The notes under the pieces are model-generated. The model worked only from the letters and a program-made list of their open reading frames with translations. It did no database searches and was not told the DNA's origin. 22,828 nt of DNA, from positions 1-22,828 of the IMG/VR virus record IMGVR_UViG_2737471841_000005; one strand, written 5' to 3'. Every line of letters starts with the position of its first letter. The stretch's first letter is position 1. This stretch comes from a virus. Taxonomy: Duplodnaviria; Heunggongvirae; Uroviricota; Caudoviricetes. Positions 1-9,302 of the stretch are shown here, one piece after another. The position numbers and the translations under genes were made by a program.

Positions 1-39
1 ATGGCGCTCATAAATCTGGTATACTTACCTTTACACATT

Positions 40-402
40 GGGGCTGATTCTGGATTCGACGGGATTTGCGAAACCCAAGGTGCATGCCGAGGGGCGGTTG
101 GCCTCGTAAAAAGCCGCAAAAAATAGTCGCAAACGACGAAAACTACGCTTTAGCAGCTTAATAACCTGCTTAGAGCCCTCTCTCCCTAGCCTCCGCTCTT
201 AGGACGGGGATCAAGAGAGGTCAAACCCAAAAGAGATCGCGTGGAAGCCCTGCCTGGGGTTGAAGCGTTAAAACTTAATCAGGCTAGTTTGTTAGTGGCG
301 TGTCCGTCCGCAGCTGGCAAGCGAATGTAAAGACTGACTAAGCATGTAGTACCGAGGATGTAGGAATTTCGGACGCGGGTTCAACTCCCGCCAGCTCCAC
401 CA
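40..402 (+). ncRNA. ssrA: tmRNA (transfer-messenger RNA, SsrA)
   Basis: Begins GGGGCTGATTCTGGATTCGACGGG and ends ...GGACGCGGGTTCAACTCCCGCCAGCTCCACCA, 363 nt, matching my memory of E. coli ssrA; contains the tag reading frame; possible -10 TATACT at 20..25 upstream. Confidence 0.95.
129..161 (+). other. tmRNA tag-peptide reading frame (ANDENYALAA + TAA)
   Basis: GCA AAC GAC GAA AAC TAC GCT TTA GCA GCT TAA read directly in the sequence; canonical enterobacterial degradation tag. Confidence 0.9.
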
Positions 403-403
403 A
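358..403 (+). repeat. attL core: 46-bp direct repeat lying in the 3' end of ssrA
   Basis: ATGTAGGAATTTCGGACGCGGGTTCAACTCCCGCCAGCTCCACCAA recurs identically at 17707..17752; identity breaks on both sides. Confidence 0.85.
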
Positions 404-410
404 ATAAAAC

Positions 411-446
411 AAGGGGTTACGTGAAAACGTAGCCCCTTTTTCTTTG
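411..446 (+). terminator. Rho-independent terminator after ssrA
   Basis: Hairpin AAGGGGTTACG-TGAAAA-CGTAGCCCCTT followed by TTTCTTTGG. Confidence 0.8.
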
Positions 447-575
447 GTAGTGGCGGCAAAATGGCGATAGCCATGGACTAGGGTTGGGTACACCCACATT
501 GCTCTCTATCCTTATGAGTGATCGCACACACGCCTCTACTTTCAAGCTATATTCTAATCTCAATATGAGGCTACT

Positions 576-1289
576 ATGGACTTCAACCTGAACAAAAAAA
601 TGCCAGTTAATAGATATCTTGTGATAATAGTTTTTGTCCTTTTAATCTTAGCCTGTATGCAGTTTATTTATCTTTGCCTTCGTTCATTAAGCATTGCCCC
701 AAACTATACGGGGACTGTAAGTGACATTATAATAGCTACAACAAATATTATTTTAGCTACCTACGCCGTTCGTGCATTCAAAAACTTATTTAAAGATAAA
801 CTATCCGATAATGCCATTAGTAAAATAGATACAGCATTGATGTCTCTCGATGATTGCATAGATAGTTTTTCAAGCTTATTTTTAAATATGACACTTATTA
901 AGATTTATAAAAACACTAATAACCCCAAGGACCCTCAGTTAGTTAAACAGCTCGATGAAGCAGCAAAAAACATCGAAAAAGCAACAAGTTCAGCCTACAA
1001 GGCAAGATCTATAATTGGCTCATTAACTCGTTGGAATATAAGCTTAAACACAGAAAAAGGAATAAGACTAAACCAACTTACCGCTGATGTTTTTGAGTTA
1101 GGCATGCAGGCAACAAATATGTATATCGCACTAATAAATGAAATAAACCCTAACTCCCCATACAACTCTTTAACTCATAGACCATTTGATGAGTTATTTA
1201 ACGAATTTAATGAAGAAAAGACCAGAGTTGAAGACGAAAGCAATGAATTAAAAGAGTTCTCTATTCATGAAATATTTAAAATCAAATAA
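576..1289 (+). CDS. Hypothetical membrane-anchored protein (AT-rich cargo gene between attL and ogr)
   Basis: 237-aa ORF; ATG at 576 with GAGG 6 nt upstream; hydrophobic N-terminal segment (YLVIIVFVLLILACMQFIYLCL) then a charged, helix-prone domain; visibly AT-rich versus the phage genes; no family recognised. Confidence 0.7.
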   Translation: MDFNLNKKMPVNRYLVIIVFVLLILACMQFIYLCLRSLSIAPNYTGTVSDIIIATTNIILATYAVRAFKNLFKDKLSDNAISKIDTALMSLDDCIDSFSSLFLNMTLIKIYKNTNNPKDPQLVKQLDEAAKNIEKATSSAYKARSIIGSLTRWNISLNTEKGIRLNQLTADVFELGMQATNMYIALINEINPNSPYNSLTHRPFDELFNEFNEEKTRVEDESNELKEFSIHEIFKIK

Positions 1290-1366
1290 GTTATTATAGA
1301 ATAATTTTAAAAAATCATTTGCATTCTTCTTGTGTCAAAAATCAAATAACTGTCTCGATATTATTC

Positions 1367-1388
1367 AAAACCCGCCAGCGGCGGGTTA
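1367..1388 (-). terminator. Hairpin terminator downstream of ogr (possibly bidirectional)
   Basis: CCCGCC-AGC-GGCGGG stem-loop; on the minus strand it is followed by TTTT directly after the ogr stop. Confidence 0.55.
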
Positions 1389-1391
1389 GTA

Positions 1392-1607
1392 TCAGTAAAC
1401 TAATTGCTCCTGCATCCCTTTGGGATGCGGTGGGGCGGCACTGATTTTCTCGGGACGACAAACAGAACGAACAAAGGTTTCATGCGTTACAAACGTATGC
1501 CCACACTCAATATTAGTGCACTGATTGTAACGCTCTTTGGTTTGAGAGGAGACTTGAAAACTACTGCGAGTATGTGCGGCCTGACCACACAACGGACAAT
1601 TCATCAT
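1392..1607 (-). CDS. ogr: Ogr-type late transcription activator (C4 zinc finger)
   Basis: 71 aa, MMNCPLCGQAAH...CTNIECGHTF; Cys pattern and size as in P2 Ogr; located after gene D as in P2. Confidence 0.85.
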   Translation of the reverse strand: MMNCPLCGQAAHTRSSFQVSSQTKERYNQCTNIECGHTFVTHETFVRSVCRPEKISAAPPHPKGMQEQLVY

Positions 1608-1675
1608 TTATCAACTCTCCTCATCTTTGCTATATTTACAATAATGATACACCATTATTCAATATTGAGAACCAT

Positions 1676-2776
1676 TTATTCCATCTCAAGATCACCAATC
1701 CTCACTTCAAGCTCAAGACTGGTCGTAAAACCGTTATCCGGGCTGACGGTATGTGTCAGAGTCGTAATGGTCCATTCCGCATCATCTATCGGCTGTTTAA
1801 AGCCACTGACCTTCACAGGCATTTCTGTGTAGAGGTCTGCCCGCCCTTCCGCCAGTTGTAGCGAGAATGATGCAACGCCGCGTTGCAGGCGTTCCCACTG
1901 CATTTTCGCTGCCCGTTCGGCGTTGCTCCGGTTGGCATAAGTGCGATTAAGTACCAGCACGTTTTCATCCGTACCCACCAGATAATCGCCCTGCTTCGCT
2001 TCCGGCTCTTTCTTCTGCTTCTTAGTCTTGCGCTTACGCTTCACCGTAGTGCTTTCTTTCTTCGCGGGTTCGCGGGTATGCAACCAGCTGGCAATTACAC
2101 CCGTATAGGCTCCGCGATCTGCCAGGGTAAAGCGGTGACTGTCGCCGTCTTTACGTGTGATAGAGATCACCGGCAGTGGTTTACCGCTGGCGCTTTTGCC
2201 CTGTCCCTGCCGGATGAATAACAGATTGCCATTTTTCACCGACGCGATGGCACCGTACTGTCGCGCCAGCCGCATCAGAAAACTACCGTCACTCTCATTA
2301 GTCTGGTCTATATGCTCTACGAGCTTATCCGACAGGTCTTTACCCAGTGCCATCTTCAGCTTATGCCGCGAGGCTATTTCCTTCACCACTTCCCCGACGG
2401 TGGTCTTATGCCACGATTTTTCACGGCGGGTATTCAGCGTTTCCCGAAAATCAGCACTTCGCGCCCGGATAGTCAGGCGATCCGGTGCGCCAGTGTGTTC
2501 AATCTCGTCCACCGTGAATGCCCCTTTCGGGAAAAGCGGCTGCCCCTTCCAGCCCAGCGCCAGCGTGATGACCGCACCACGGCGCGGCAGCACGATTTTT
2601 CCGTCGGCGTCGTCCAGCTCCAGATCAAGCTGGTCTGCTTCAAAGCCCCGATTGTCCGTCAACGTCAGACTCATCAGGCGGTTATCCAGCACAGTGGTGA
2701 TATCCTTCCCCTCAATACTGATGCTGAATGCGGGAGTTTTGTTGCCTTTGTTAAGCAGTTCAGAGCTGAAATTCAC
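1676..2776 (-). CDS. D: Tail protein gpD (P2 late gene D family)
   Basis: 366-aa ORF, last gene of the FI-FII-E-T-U-D synteny; GTG start overlapping the gpU stop. Confidence 0.8.
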   Translation of the reverse strand: MNFSSELLNKGNKTPAFSISIEGKDITTVLDNRLMSLTLTDNRGFEADQLDLELDDADGKIVLPRRGAVITLALGWKGQPLFPKGAFTVDEIEHTGAPDRLTIRARSADFRETLNTRREKSWHKTTVGEVVKEIASRHKLKMALGKDLSDKLVEHIDQTNESDGSFLMRLARQYGAIASVKNGNLLFIRQGQGKSASGKPLPVISITRKDGDSHRFTLADRGAYTGVIASWLHTREPAKKESTTVKRKRKTKKQKKEPEAKQGDYLVGTDENVLVLNRTYANRSNAERAAKMQWERLQRGVASFSLQLAEGRADLYTEMPVKVSGFKQPIDDAEWTITTLTHTVSPDNGFTTSLELEVRIGDLEME

Positions 2777-3258
2777 GACAGCAGCCCTCCCACCGTTTTA
2801 CTGATATCGCTTAAGGCAGACGTTGCCGTGTCCTGCAGATTATTCAGTTGAGTACTGAGATCACCGAACATATCGGACAGGGATTCATCCACCCGTTTTA
2901 GCGAAAGGGTGAACTCAATCCTGCGCGGCATACCGTCGCGGAAAAACTCCGTTTTAGTCTGATTCAGTCCCTCAATCACATACATGCCGTAAATCGTGCC
3001 GCTGCCTTCAATCAGGGGCCATGCTTTCCCCTGTTCTGCCATCTGCTCCAGTGCCAGCAACGACAGCCTGCCGCCTGTTATCTCCGGCATAAGAACACCG
3101 GAAAGCGTCAGCATGTCGTTTTCCGGTCCCAGAAACTGCGTGGACGGACGACGGTTTACCCGGCTGTTTGCCGCATGTCGCCAGCTGCGTTGATACTGCA
3201 GTTCCTGATACGGAACGGTGCGCAGCATAAACACGTACAATCCCAGCACCATCATCAT
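2773..3258 (-). CDS. U: Tail protein gpU
   Basis: 161-aa ORF between tape measure and D, translationally coupled on both sides; P2 gpU size. Confidence 0.8.
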   Translation of the reverse strand: MMMVLGLYVFMLRTVPYQELQYQRSWRHAANSRVNRRPSTQFLGPENDMLTLSGVLMPEITGGRLSLLALEQMAEQGKAWPLIEGSGTIYGMYVIEGLNQTKTEFFRDGMPRRIEFTLSLKRVDESLSDMFGDLSTQLNNLQDTATSALSDISKTVGGLLS

Positions 3259-6200
3259 GCGTCGTATCCCCCCTGATCGCTGTAGTTACTCCTGGCTTTT
3301 GCCTTCAGCCTGCGTTCACGTTCATCAAGCTGGCGTGCCACCTCCCGCGCAATATCCTGCGCACTTTGTCCTGGCTGCGTCTGAATGATGATCTGCGTCG
3401 GTGCCTCAATCCGTTGAACGAGCGGCACAGTGGCTGCGCGACTCACAATTGCTTCTCCACCTTTCGCGGGAAGTGCCAAAGGGTGCAACGGTGGAAGCTC
3501 TGCTGGCGCGGCAGCAACGCCCATCATTCCGGCAACAACGGCAGCCAGTGCAGCTGTATTTCTCCGGCTGGTCACATTTGCCGGGCCGTTAACAATTTCC
3601 GGCCCGTTTTCACCGACGATGCCAAACTGCCCGCGCGGGATATACCCGCCGCTGTCATACATCCCCGCAAAGCCATATCCCCATGACGGAAAACCACCCG
3701 ATGGCATCATCACTTTACCGTCTGCATTCACCGTCGCAGGTTGCTGACGCGTCACGCTTTCCGGCAGTTTTGCCTTTGCGGCCTCTTTACTGACAATGCC
3801 AAGTTTCTCCAGCAACCAGGAAACGCCGGATTTCAGGGAGTCCAGCGGATGCATGACCATATTCAGCCCTTCCGCCAGTGCCTCTCCGAATCGCCGCCCC
3901 ATTGCCGCTGCACTCTGCAGTTCGGCAGAGGTCGACTTAACGGGCGTCAGCAGATCAGTAAACCAGCCCCACAGCGCCTGTACTTTGTCGCCAATCCACT
4001 GGAACACGGGCTTAAGCGGTTCGAATGCTGCACTGATGGGACCTGCCGCCGCTTTGAATCCTTCCACCACGCCACCAAGAAATGCGGTGATGGGTTGCCA
4101 GTATTTCCAGACAACCAGCGCCACGCCCGCCAGTGCAGTAACCACAAGACCTATCGGACTGAGCAGAGCACCTAACAGACCAGATACGGCATACAGGGCA
4201 ACGCGCAGCATCGCCAGTGGACCAGATGCCAGTACTCGCAGCACCGTGCCTGCGGCGACCAGTCCACCGCGCAGTACCGCCAGAGGATTCATAAACATCA
4301 CAGCAACAGCACGTAAACCGGATAATCCAGACCGCAAAAGTGCAACCGGCGCACCTGCTACAGTTTTCAGGACATTTCCCGTCAGTGATGCCGTGCGGCG
4401 CAAAGACGACAACGGCGCAGTAAGTAAACCTGCGGCGTTGCCCGATGAAGCAAGCCCGCGTCGCAGCAGTGCCAGTGGTGCGCCAGCCAACCAGGACAAC
4501 GCGCTGCTGGTTCGAGTTACTGCTGCCGTAACAGAAGGTAACGTTTTGATACCCAGCACAGAGAATCCCAGACGGATCACTGCCAGCGGCCCCAGCACTG
4601 CAGCCAGCGCCACCGCTAAGGTGCCGAGGCCTACTGTAACCGCAGCCACAACAGCCGCTACTTTCATCAGTGTGCCTGTCAGTTCCGGGTTAGCTTCCAC
4701 CCAGCGGCGCAACGCCCCCGTGATTCTTTTCACCGTGTACAGAATATCCATCAGCGGCTGGCGCAGCGTTTCGCCCAGGCTGCTGAAGGTGTTCTGCGCT
4801 CCGGTTTTGACCAGCAACCACTGAGCAGAAAGTGAGTCTTTGTTGATGTCGGATTCTTTCTGCATGGAACCGAGCGCATCATTGCCCGCTGTCAGTTTTA
4901 GCTGGCGCTGCAGTTCCGGAAGGTTGTTTGCCAGTTTCGCCGCGTCATCACCAAACTCTTTACCAAACAACATGGTCATGGCAGACAGACGCTTGTCCTG
5001 CGGCAGTGCGTTCACCTTCTCCAGCACACGCTGGATAGTTCCCATCGCATCCTTCGTCATCTGCTTTTCAATCACTTCAGGATTGAGTTTCAGCAGATTC
5101 ATCCCTTCAAAGAAACTCTTGCTTTGCATGGTGGCAATGGACAATTCACGCACCATCGCGTTTGCTGCACTGGCTGCAACCTCCGGCGCAGCGCCCAGTG
5201 TCAGAAAGGTGGAACCCAGTGCCGCCGCTTTACGATAATCCAGACGATCAGCCACACCGCCCAGGCGTTGCATGACATCAATGATGTCTGCCCCTTTCGA
5301 CATGGCGTTATCATCCAGATAGTTCAGCGCATCACCGAGCTGTTCAATATTGCGGGTAGGGATTTTGTAGAGCTGGGCGATTTTCCCCAGACTTTCTGAC
5401 AGTTCATCCGCTGGCAGCTCAAAGGCTGTTGCCGCCTTTGCTGCCGTGCTGGCGAAGGCCAGCAGATCACGTTTCTGGTCTTCCCAGCTGTCGTCAGGGT
5501 TTGCGACGTTCATGCGCGCCCCACCTTCAACCAGTGCAGCGAAGTCCACCGCACCGTTTTCCATCGGCAGCTGTTCGCTGGCAGCCTTGATGGCATCCTG
5601 CATTTCATAAAAACGCGCAGTGCGGTTGCCATTATCGTCACGCAGACCATTGACCTGCTTTGCCACACCTTTCATGGCATCTTCCATGCTGGTATAGCTT
5701 TTTACTGCCGCCATCACTGGCGCACCCATTGCCAGCCCTGCAGCCGTGGTAGTGGCTCCGGCTCCTGCGATGCGATCGCGCACTTCAAGCCGTCTTGAGT
5801 ATTGTTCTCTGGCAGCGTTCATCCGTGCCTGTTGTTCACCCAGACGTTTAAGTGCTCTTTGCTGGCCCTCCAGTGCCTGCCTTGTTTCTTCAGCATTTTT
5901 CTTAAGTTCTCGCTGGGCACTACTGAGTTGTCTGGTATCAATCCCTGATTCTTTAAGTGCCTGACGTTGTCTCTGGACCGCCCCCAACAAGCCGTTATAG
6001 GTCTGCTGAAGTTCCTGTACTCGTGTTTTGGCCTGACTGAATAACTTTGCCTGCGCGGCGGTTGGCCTGTTAGTGGCAGCAAATTGTGTGGCGAGTTTTG
6101 CCGCCTCTTCGCGGGCTGCGTTCAGGTTGTTGGCTGTTATGGCTAGTTGCGAGCGCGTCTTGCGAAATTCATCAATTCTGCCAGCCTGCTTATTCAGTTC

Positions 6201-6332
6201 TTTGAGGCTGTTTCGGGTATTCTGAATTGCGCCAGCCAGCTCTTTCGAACTGGCCTGTGCAGCACGGAATGGGCGGGTGAGTTTGTCAACCGTATTAAGA
6301 ATGACCTGCAGGCGCAGGTTATTATCACTCAT
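3255..6332 (-). CDS. T: Tail tape measure protein gpT
   Basis: 1025-aa ORF; N-terminal coiled-coil-like region, Ala/Gly/Leu-rich hydrophobic stretches, C-terminal domain; position after E/E' as in P2. Confidence 0.9.
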   Translation of the reverse strand: MSDNNLRLQVILNTVDKLTRPFRAAQASSKELAGAIQNTRNSLKELNKQAGRIDEFRKTRSQLAITANNLNAAREEAAKLATQFAATNRPTAAQAKLFSQAKTRVQELQQTYNGLLGAVQRQRQALKESGIDTRQLSSAQRELKKNAEETRQALEGQQRALKRLGEQQARMNAAREQYSRRLEVRDRIAGAGATTTAAGLAMGAPVMAAVKSYTSMEDAMKGVAKQVNGLRDDNGNRTARFYEMQDAIKAASEQLPMENGAVDFAALVEGGARMNVANPDDSWEDQKRDLLAFASTAAKAATAFELPADELSESLGKIAQLYKIPTRNIEQLGDALNYLDDNAMSKGADIIDVMQRLGGVADRLDYRKAAALGSTFLTLGAAPEVAASAANAMVRELSIATMQSKSFFEGMNLLKLNPEVIEKQMTKDAMGTIQRVLEKVNALPQDKRLSAMTMLFGKEFGDDAAKLANNLPELQRQLKLTAGNDALGSMQKESDINKDSLSAQWLLVKTGAQNTFSSLGETLRQPLMDILYTVKRITGALRRWVEANPELTGTLMKVAAVVAAVTVGLGTLAVALAAVLGPLAVIRLGFSVLGIKTLPSVTAAVTRTSSALSWLAGAPLALLRRGLASSGNAAGLLTAPLSSLRRTASLTGNVLKTVAGAPVALLRSGLSGLRAVAVMFMNPLAVLRGGLVAAGTVLRVLASGPLAMLRVALYAVSGLLGALLSPIGLVVTALAGVALVVWKYWQPITAFLGGVVEGFKAAAGPISAAFEPLKPVFQWIGDKVQALWGWFTDLLTPVKSTSAELQSAAAMGRRFGEALAEGLNMVMHPLDSLKSGVSWLLEKLGIVSKEAAKAKLPESVTRQQPATVNADGKVMMPSGGFPSWGYGFAGMYDSGGYIPRGQFGIVGENGPEIVNGPANVTSRRNTAALAAVVAGMMGVAAAPAELPPLHPLALPAKGGEAIVSRAATVPLVQRIEAPTQIIIQTQPGQSAQDIAREVARQLDERERRLKAKARSNYSDQGGYDA

Positions 6333-6761
6333 CGTTGGCCCCGCTTCTCTGAATCGCTTTATACCGCCATTCCAGCACTTCGGTCAGCGGCATAACGTCA
6401 GTAACGGATGGCGGCCAGTGAAAGATGGTGGCGATATCAGCCACCAGATCGTCAACCGTCAGGCTGTCGGTAAACCGGCAAGCACCGACTTCTTCAACAA
6501 AAAAGTGACAACCTCAACCGACATGGCAGTGAGATCTGCCGGGTCCATCTCTGCGATTTCCTGTGCAGTCAGTGCCGGACTGGAGATGCGGGGGATCACG
6601 GTCATCATCGCGTTCACATCCATATCCATAATGGCCTGCAGGCGTGTGCCGCGCAGCGCACCGGACTGCGGTTTACGCAGCACAATTTCGGTAATTTCTG
6701 TTTTACCGCGCATGATGGGAGTATCCAGTTTAATAGTCTTTTCAGTCTGCTTATCGCTCAT
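6325..6761 (-). CDS. E': gpE+E' fusion made by programmed -1 ribosomal frameshift at T TTT TTG (6498..6504)
   Basis: Slippery heptamer on the minus strand at codons 87-88 of E; the -1 frame stays open for 57 codons (VEEVGACRFTDSL...RSGANDE) and stops at TGA 6325..6327 overlapping the gpT start; about 145 aa total, as for P2 E+E'. Confidence 0.7.
6459..6761 (-). CDS. E: Tail assembly chaperone gpE (in-frame product)
   Basis: 100-aa ORF MSDKQTEKTIKLDTPIMRGK... between FII and T; carries a T TTT TTG slippery site near its 3' end. Confidence 0.85.
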   Translation of the reverse strand: MSDKQTEKTIKLDTPIMRGKTEITEIVLRKPQSGALRGTRLQAIMDMDVNAMMTVIPRISSPALTAQEIAEMDPADLTAMSVEVVTFLLKKSVLAGLPTA

Positions 6762-6815
6762 TTTGCTGTCCTGTAAATTGGGTTCTGGCGCGGCATTCCG
6801 CGCCGTTCAGATACA

Positions 6816-7331
6816 TCAGAGGCCGAGGGCGTTGCGGTGCGCTTCCATCAGGTCCACACCGTCCACAATTTCCACCATGTTGATAAGGTCCACTTCATAG
6901 AGCACCTCACCATTGATAGTCAGCTTCGCGTAGCTGTTGGTACTGGTCACTTTGGTGGTGTTGCTTTCGCCCGTCTTCCACTCGCCGGAATCCACTTCTT
7001 TGTGACGTCCACGCACCACAAGCTCCACGGCCTGCACTTCTCCGGTATCGTCACGCTGGATAGAGCCGGTGAAGCGCAACTGGATGCCATCCACCGTGGC
7101 TTTGCCCATCTGTTTAAACAGCAGCAGTTCAGTACCACCAATGGAAAATTCTGTGTCCAGCGCACTGTCATCAAGCCCCAGATCCACATCCACTGCACCC
7201 GGCATTCCGCCGCCGCGATACTTCTCATATTTGCGGGTGAATTTCGGCAGCGTCAGCGACTCAACGATCCCCTGCCAGTTGTTCCCGTCATTAAACAGGT
7301 TCAGGTGTTTTAATTTGCGTGGTAAAGCCAT
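6816..7331 (-). CDS. FII: Tail tube protein gpFII
   Basis: 171-aa ORF MALPRKLKHLNLFNDGNNWQG..., size and position as in P2 FII. Confidence 0.9.
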   Translation of the reverse strand: MALPRKLKHLNLFNDGNNWQGIVESLTLPKFTRKYEKYRGGGMPGAVDVDLGLDDSALDTEFSIGGTELLLFKQMGKATVDGIQLRFTGSIQRDDTGEVQAVELVVRGRHKEVDSGEWKTGESNTTKVTSTNSYAKLTINGEVLYEVDLINMVEIVDGVDLMEAHRNALGL

Positions 7332-7340
7332 GTTGTCCCC

Positions 7341-8513
7341 TTACGCGCTGACCTGGCTGGAGAAATTCACCAGGTACTGATCGGTGATGCGCTGACGCAG
7401 CATCAGGTTTTCAAGTGGCGGCACTGGCGTGTAGTCGTAGTCGATGGTGAGTTTTCCGGCTTTCAGCGTGTCTTTGTCGTTCACCGACTCATCCAGCCAG
7501 CAATCACCACCAATGAGATAGCCCTGACTGACCAGGCTGCGCATTTTGGCGCGGATACCCTCGATAATGTCGCGGGCCAGCGACGGGTTAAGCGGTTTAT
7601 CCACCGCCCACATGTGTGCTTCTGCCATCGTGTCCATCAGTACCTGCGCTGTACGGGTGTAGTTCTCGAAGGCAAAGAGCGGGTCATCACTCAGGCAGCG
7701 GGAACCCCAGAAGCGGAAACCATCCTTGCGCACAAGCGTGGTGACGTCGTTCTGGTTCAGCAGACCTGCATCGGTTGCCGGGTCCTGCAGATCCCAGAAC
7801 ACATCAGCAGAAATTCCGGTGACACCGTTCACGCCCACGTTGGACAGGCTTTTGTGCCATCCGGTCTGCTCATCAATTTTGGCGCGCAGACCGAGCGCAC
7901 GGGCGGTGGCATAAGCCGTTGCTTCGGCATTCAGCACCGTGTCCCAGCCAGTAAAGTCGGGCCAGATCAGCATTCCTTCACGCTGACTGAAGTTTTCACG
8001 GTAAGTGATCGCCTCCTGTACCGTCTTGCAGCCATACGCTGACAGGTAAGCAAACCCACGCAGGCTTTGCGCCACGCTCAGCAACTCAGTAGCTACCGCC
8101 TTGGTGTCGTGGCCTGGCACGCCGAGAATGCGCGGTTTAACGCCGAGCTGTGACTGGGCAGATAACAGGGCTTTCATACCTGTTTTTTTACCTTCAGCAG
8201 TCACTGCGCCGATGATATTGGTCGTGGTTTCGTCTTCCGTTTCACCCTGCGGCACACGCACAACAATGGTCACGGGTTTTGCCTGGTCAGCGATGGCATC
8301 CAGCGAACGGGCCAGAGTACCTGACTCACCCGCTTTACCGCTGGCAGTCAGCACATCAGTGATCAGCACGGGTTTATTAAGAGGAAACATTTTTGCATCG
8401 GCATCATCGCCCGTGCAGACCATACCCACGATGGCGGTGCTCACCGTGGTAATAGATCGGGTGCCTTCGTTGACTTCAACAACGCGCACCCCGTGGTGGT
8501 AATCCTGAGCCAT
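7341..8513 (-). CDS. FI: Contractile tail sheath protein gpFI
   Basis: 390-aa [22 protein letters not shown]..., first gene of the tail operon; AGGAGG RBS upstream. Confidence 0.9.
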   Translation of the reverse strand: MAQDYHHGVRVVEVNEGTRSITTVSTAIVGMVCTGDDADAKMFPLNKPVLITDVLTASGKAGESGTLARSLDAIADQAKPVTIVVRVPQGETEDETTTNIIGAVTAEGKKTGMKALLSAQSQLGVKPRILGVPGHDTKAVATELLSVAQSLRGFAYLSAYGCKTVQEAITYRENFSQREGMLIWPDFTGWDTVLNAEATAYATARALGLRAKIDEQTGWHKSLSNVGVNGVTGISADVFWDLQDPATDAGLLNQNDVTTLVRKDGFRFWGSRCLSDDPLFAFENYTRTAQVLMDTMAEAHMWAVDKPLNPSLARDIIEGIRAKMRSLVSQGYLIGGDCWLDESVNDKDTLKAGKLTIDYDYTPVPPLENLMLRQRITDQYLVNFSSQVSA

Positions 8514-8589
8514 AGTGGCGAACCTCCTGATTGGATTAGGCTTCGCCCTATGTTGAAGTGATTGTGCCTGACAAACAGCTAAGCGCAGT

Positions 8590-8607
8590 TGTGTCGTTAT
8601 TCACACA
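8590..8607 (-). promoter_or_regulatory. Candidate Ogr-dependent late promoter element (TGT-N12-ACA dyad) for the FI operon
   Basis: TGTGTCGTTATTCACACA dyad about 85 bp upstream of the FI start codon; matches the P2 late-promoter activator site pattern. Confidence 0.4.
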
Positions 8608-8655
8608 AAATAACGGTATTTGTCTGCTTGCAGGGATAATCAACATAATGCTGAT

Positions 8656-9228
8656 TCAGGGGGATTCATTGATCTTATTTGCCGGAAATTTTCTATAAAT
8701 GGTAGAAACGCCTACATCAAAAATCAGTGCAATACGCTGTCTTGATTCTCCGGCCTCGAGTAAACGCCCAATCTGTGCCCACTGTTCGGTGGTCAACTTA
8801 GGATGGCGTCCACCTACTCTGCCTTTGGCACGAGCTGCAGCCAGCCCTGCCCTGGTACGTTCAACTATCAGTTCGCGTTCCATTTCAGCCAGGGCACCCA
8901 TGACATGAAAAAAGAAACGGCCCATTGGGGTACTGGTATCAATACTGTCAGTCAGGCTTCTGAAATTCACACCACGCTGGCGCAACTCTTCTATCAGCGT
9001 AACAAGATGCCGCATACTGCGCCCCAACCTGTCCAGCTTCCAGACAACCAGCGTGTCTCCTGCCGATAGTGTCCTGAGTAGTTTTTTCAGCCCCGGTCTG
9101 TCGGACTTAGTGCCACTGATTTTGTCCTCAAAAATCTGCTCACATCCCGCGCAGTTCAGTGCATTACGTTGCAAATCGGTGTTCTGGTCATTTGTTGACA
9201 CGCGTACATAGCCAATAAGCATGATCAT
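8656..9228 (-). CDS. Serine DNA invertase, Pin/Gin/Cin/Hin family
   Basis: 190 aa, MLIGYVRVSTNDQNTDLQRNAL... with catalytic Ser motif and C-terminal HTH; likely true start at the MLIGY Met (9222). Confidence 0.9.
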   Translation of the reverse strand: MIMLIGYVRVSTNDQNTDLQRNALNCAGCEQIFEDKISGTKSDRPGLKKLLRTLSAGDTLVVWKLDRLGRSMRHLVTLIEELRQRGVNFRSLTDSIDTSTPMGRFFFHVMGALAEMERELIVERTRAGLAAARAKGRVGGRHPKLTTEQWAQIGRLLEAGESRQRIALIFDVGVSTIYRKFPANKINESP

Positions 9229-9276
9229 CCCCCTGAATAAAAACCGGAGATGATGCCAGTTAGCTGTTACCTCTGC

Positions 9277-9302
9277 ATTTTCTTAAACGTTGGTTTGGGA
9301 GA
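9277..9302. other. Invertase crossover site (gix/pix-like, 26 bp)
   Basis: Reverse complement TTCTCCCAAACC-AA-CGTTTAAGAAAA resembles the gix half-site TTATCCAAAACC with a central AA dinucleotide; about 50 bp upstream of the invertase start, as gixR is for gin. Confidence 0.55.

Noticed and set aside
292-474. 60-aa minus-strand ORF
   Set aside because: Lies antisense across the 3' end of ssrA and its terminator; no RBS or coding logic. The region is explained by the tmRNA gene.
1883-2851. Plus-strand ORFs of 112, 215 and 179 aa
   Set aside because: All overlap gene D on the opposite strand and translate to low-complexity peptides; shadow ORFs.
3796-4824. 342-aa plus-strand ORF (also 3366..3747, 4840..5238, 5746..5964)
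   Set aside because: Antisense to the tape-measure gene; Ala/Ser/Pro/Thr/Arg-rich low-complexity translations typical of the reverse frame of a GC-rich gene.
6837-8502. Plus-strand ORFs antisense to FII and FI (6837..7313, 7614..8042, 8101..8502)
   Set aside because: Nested entirely in well-supported tail tube and sheath genes; no independent start signals.
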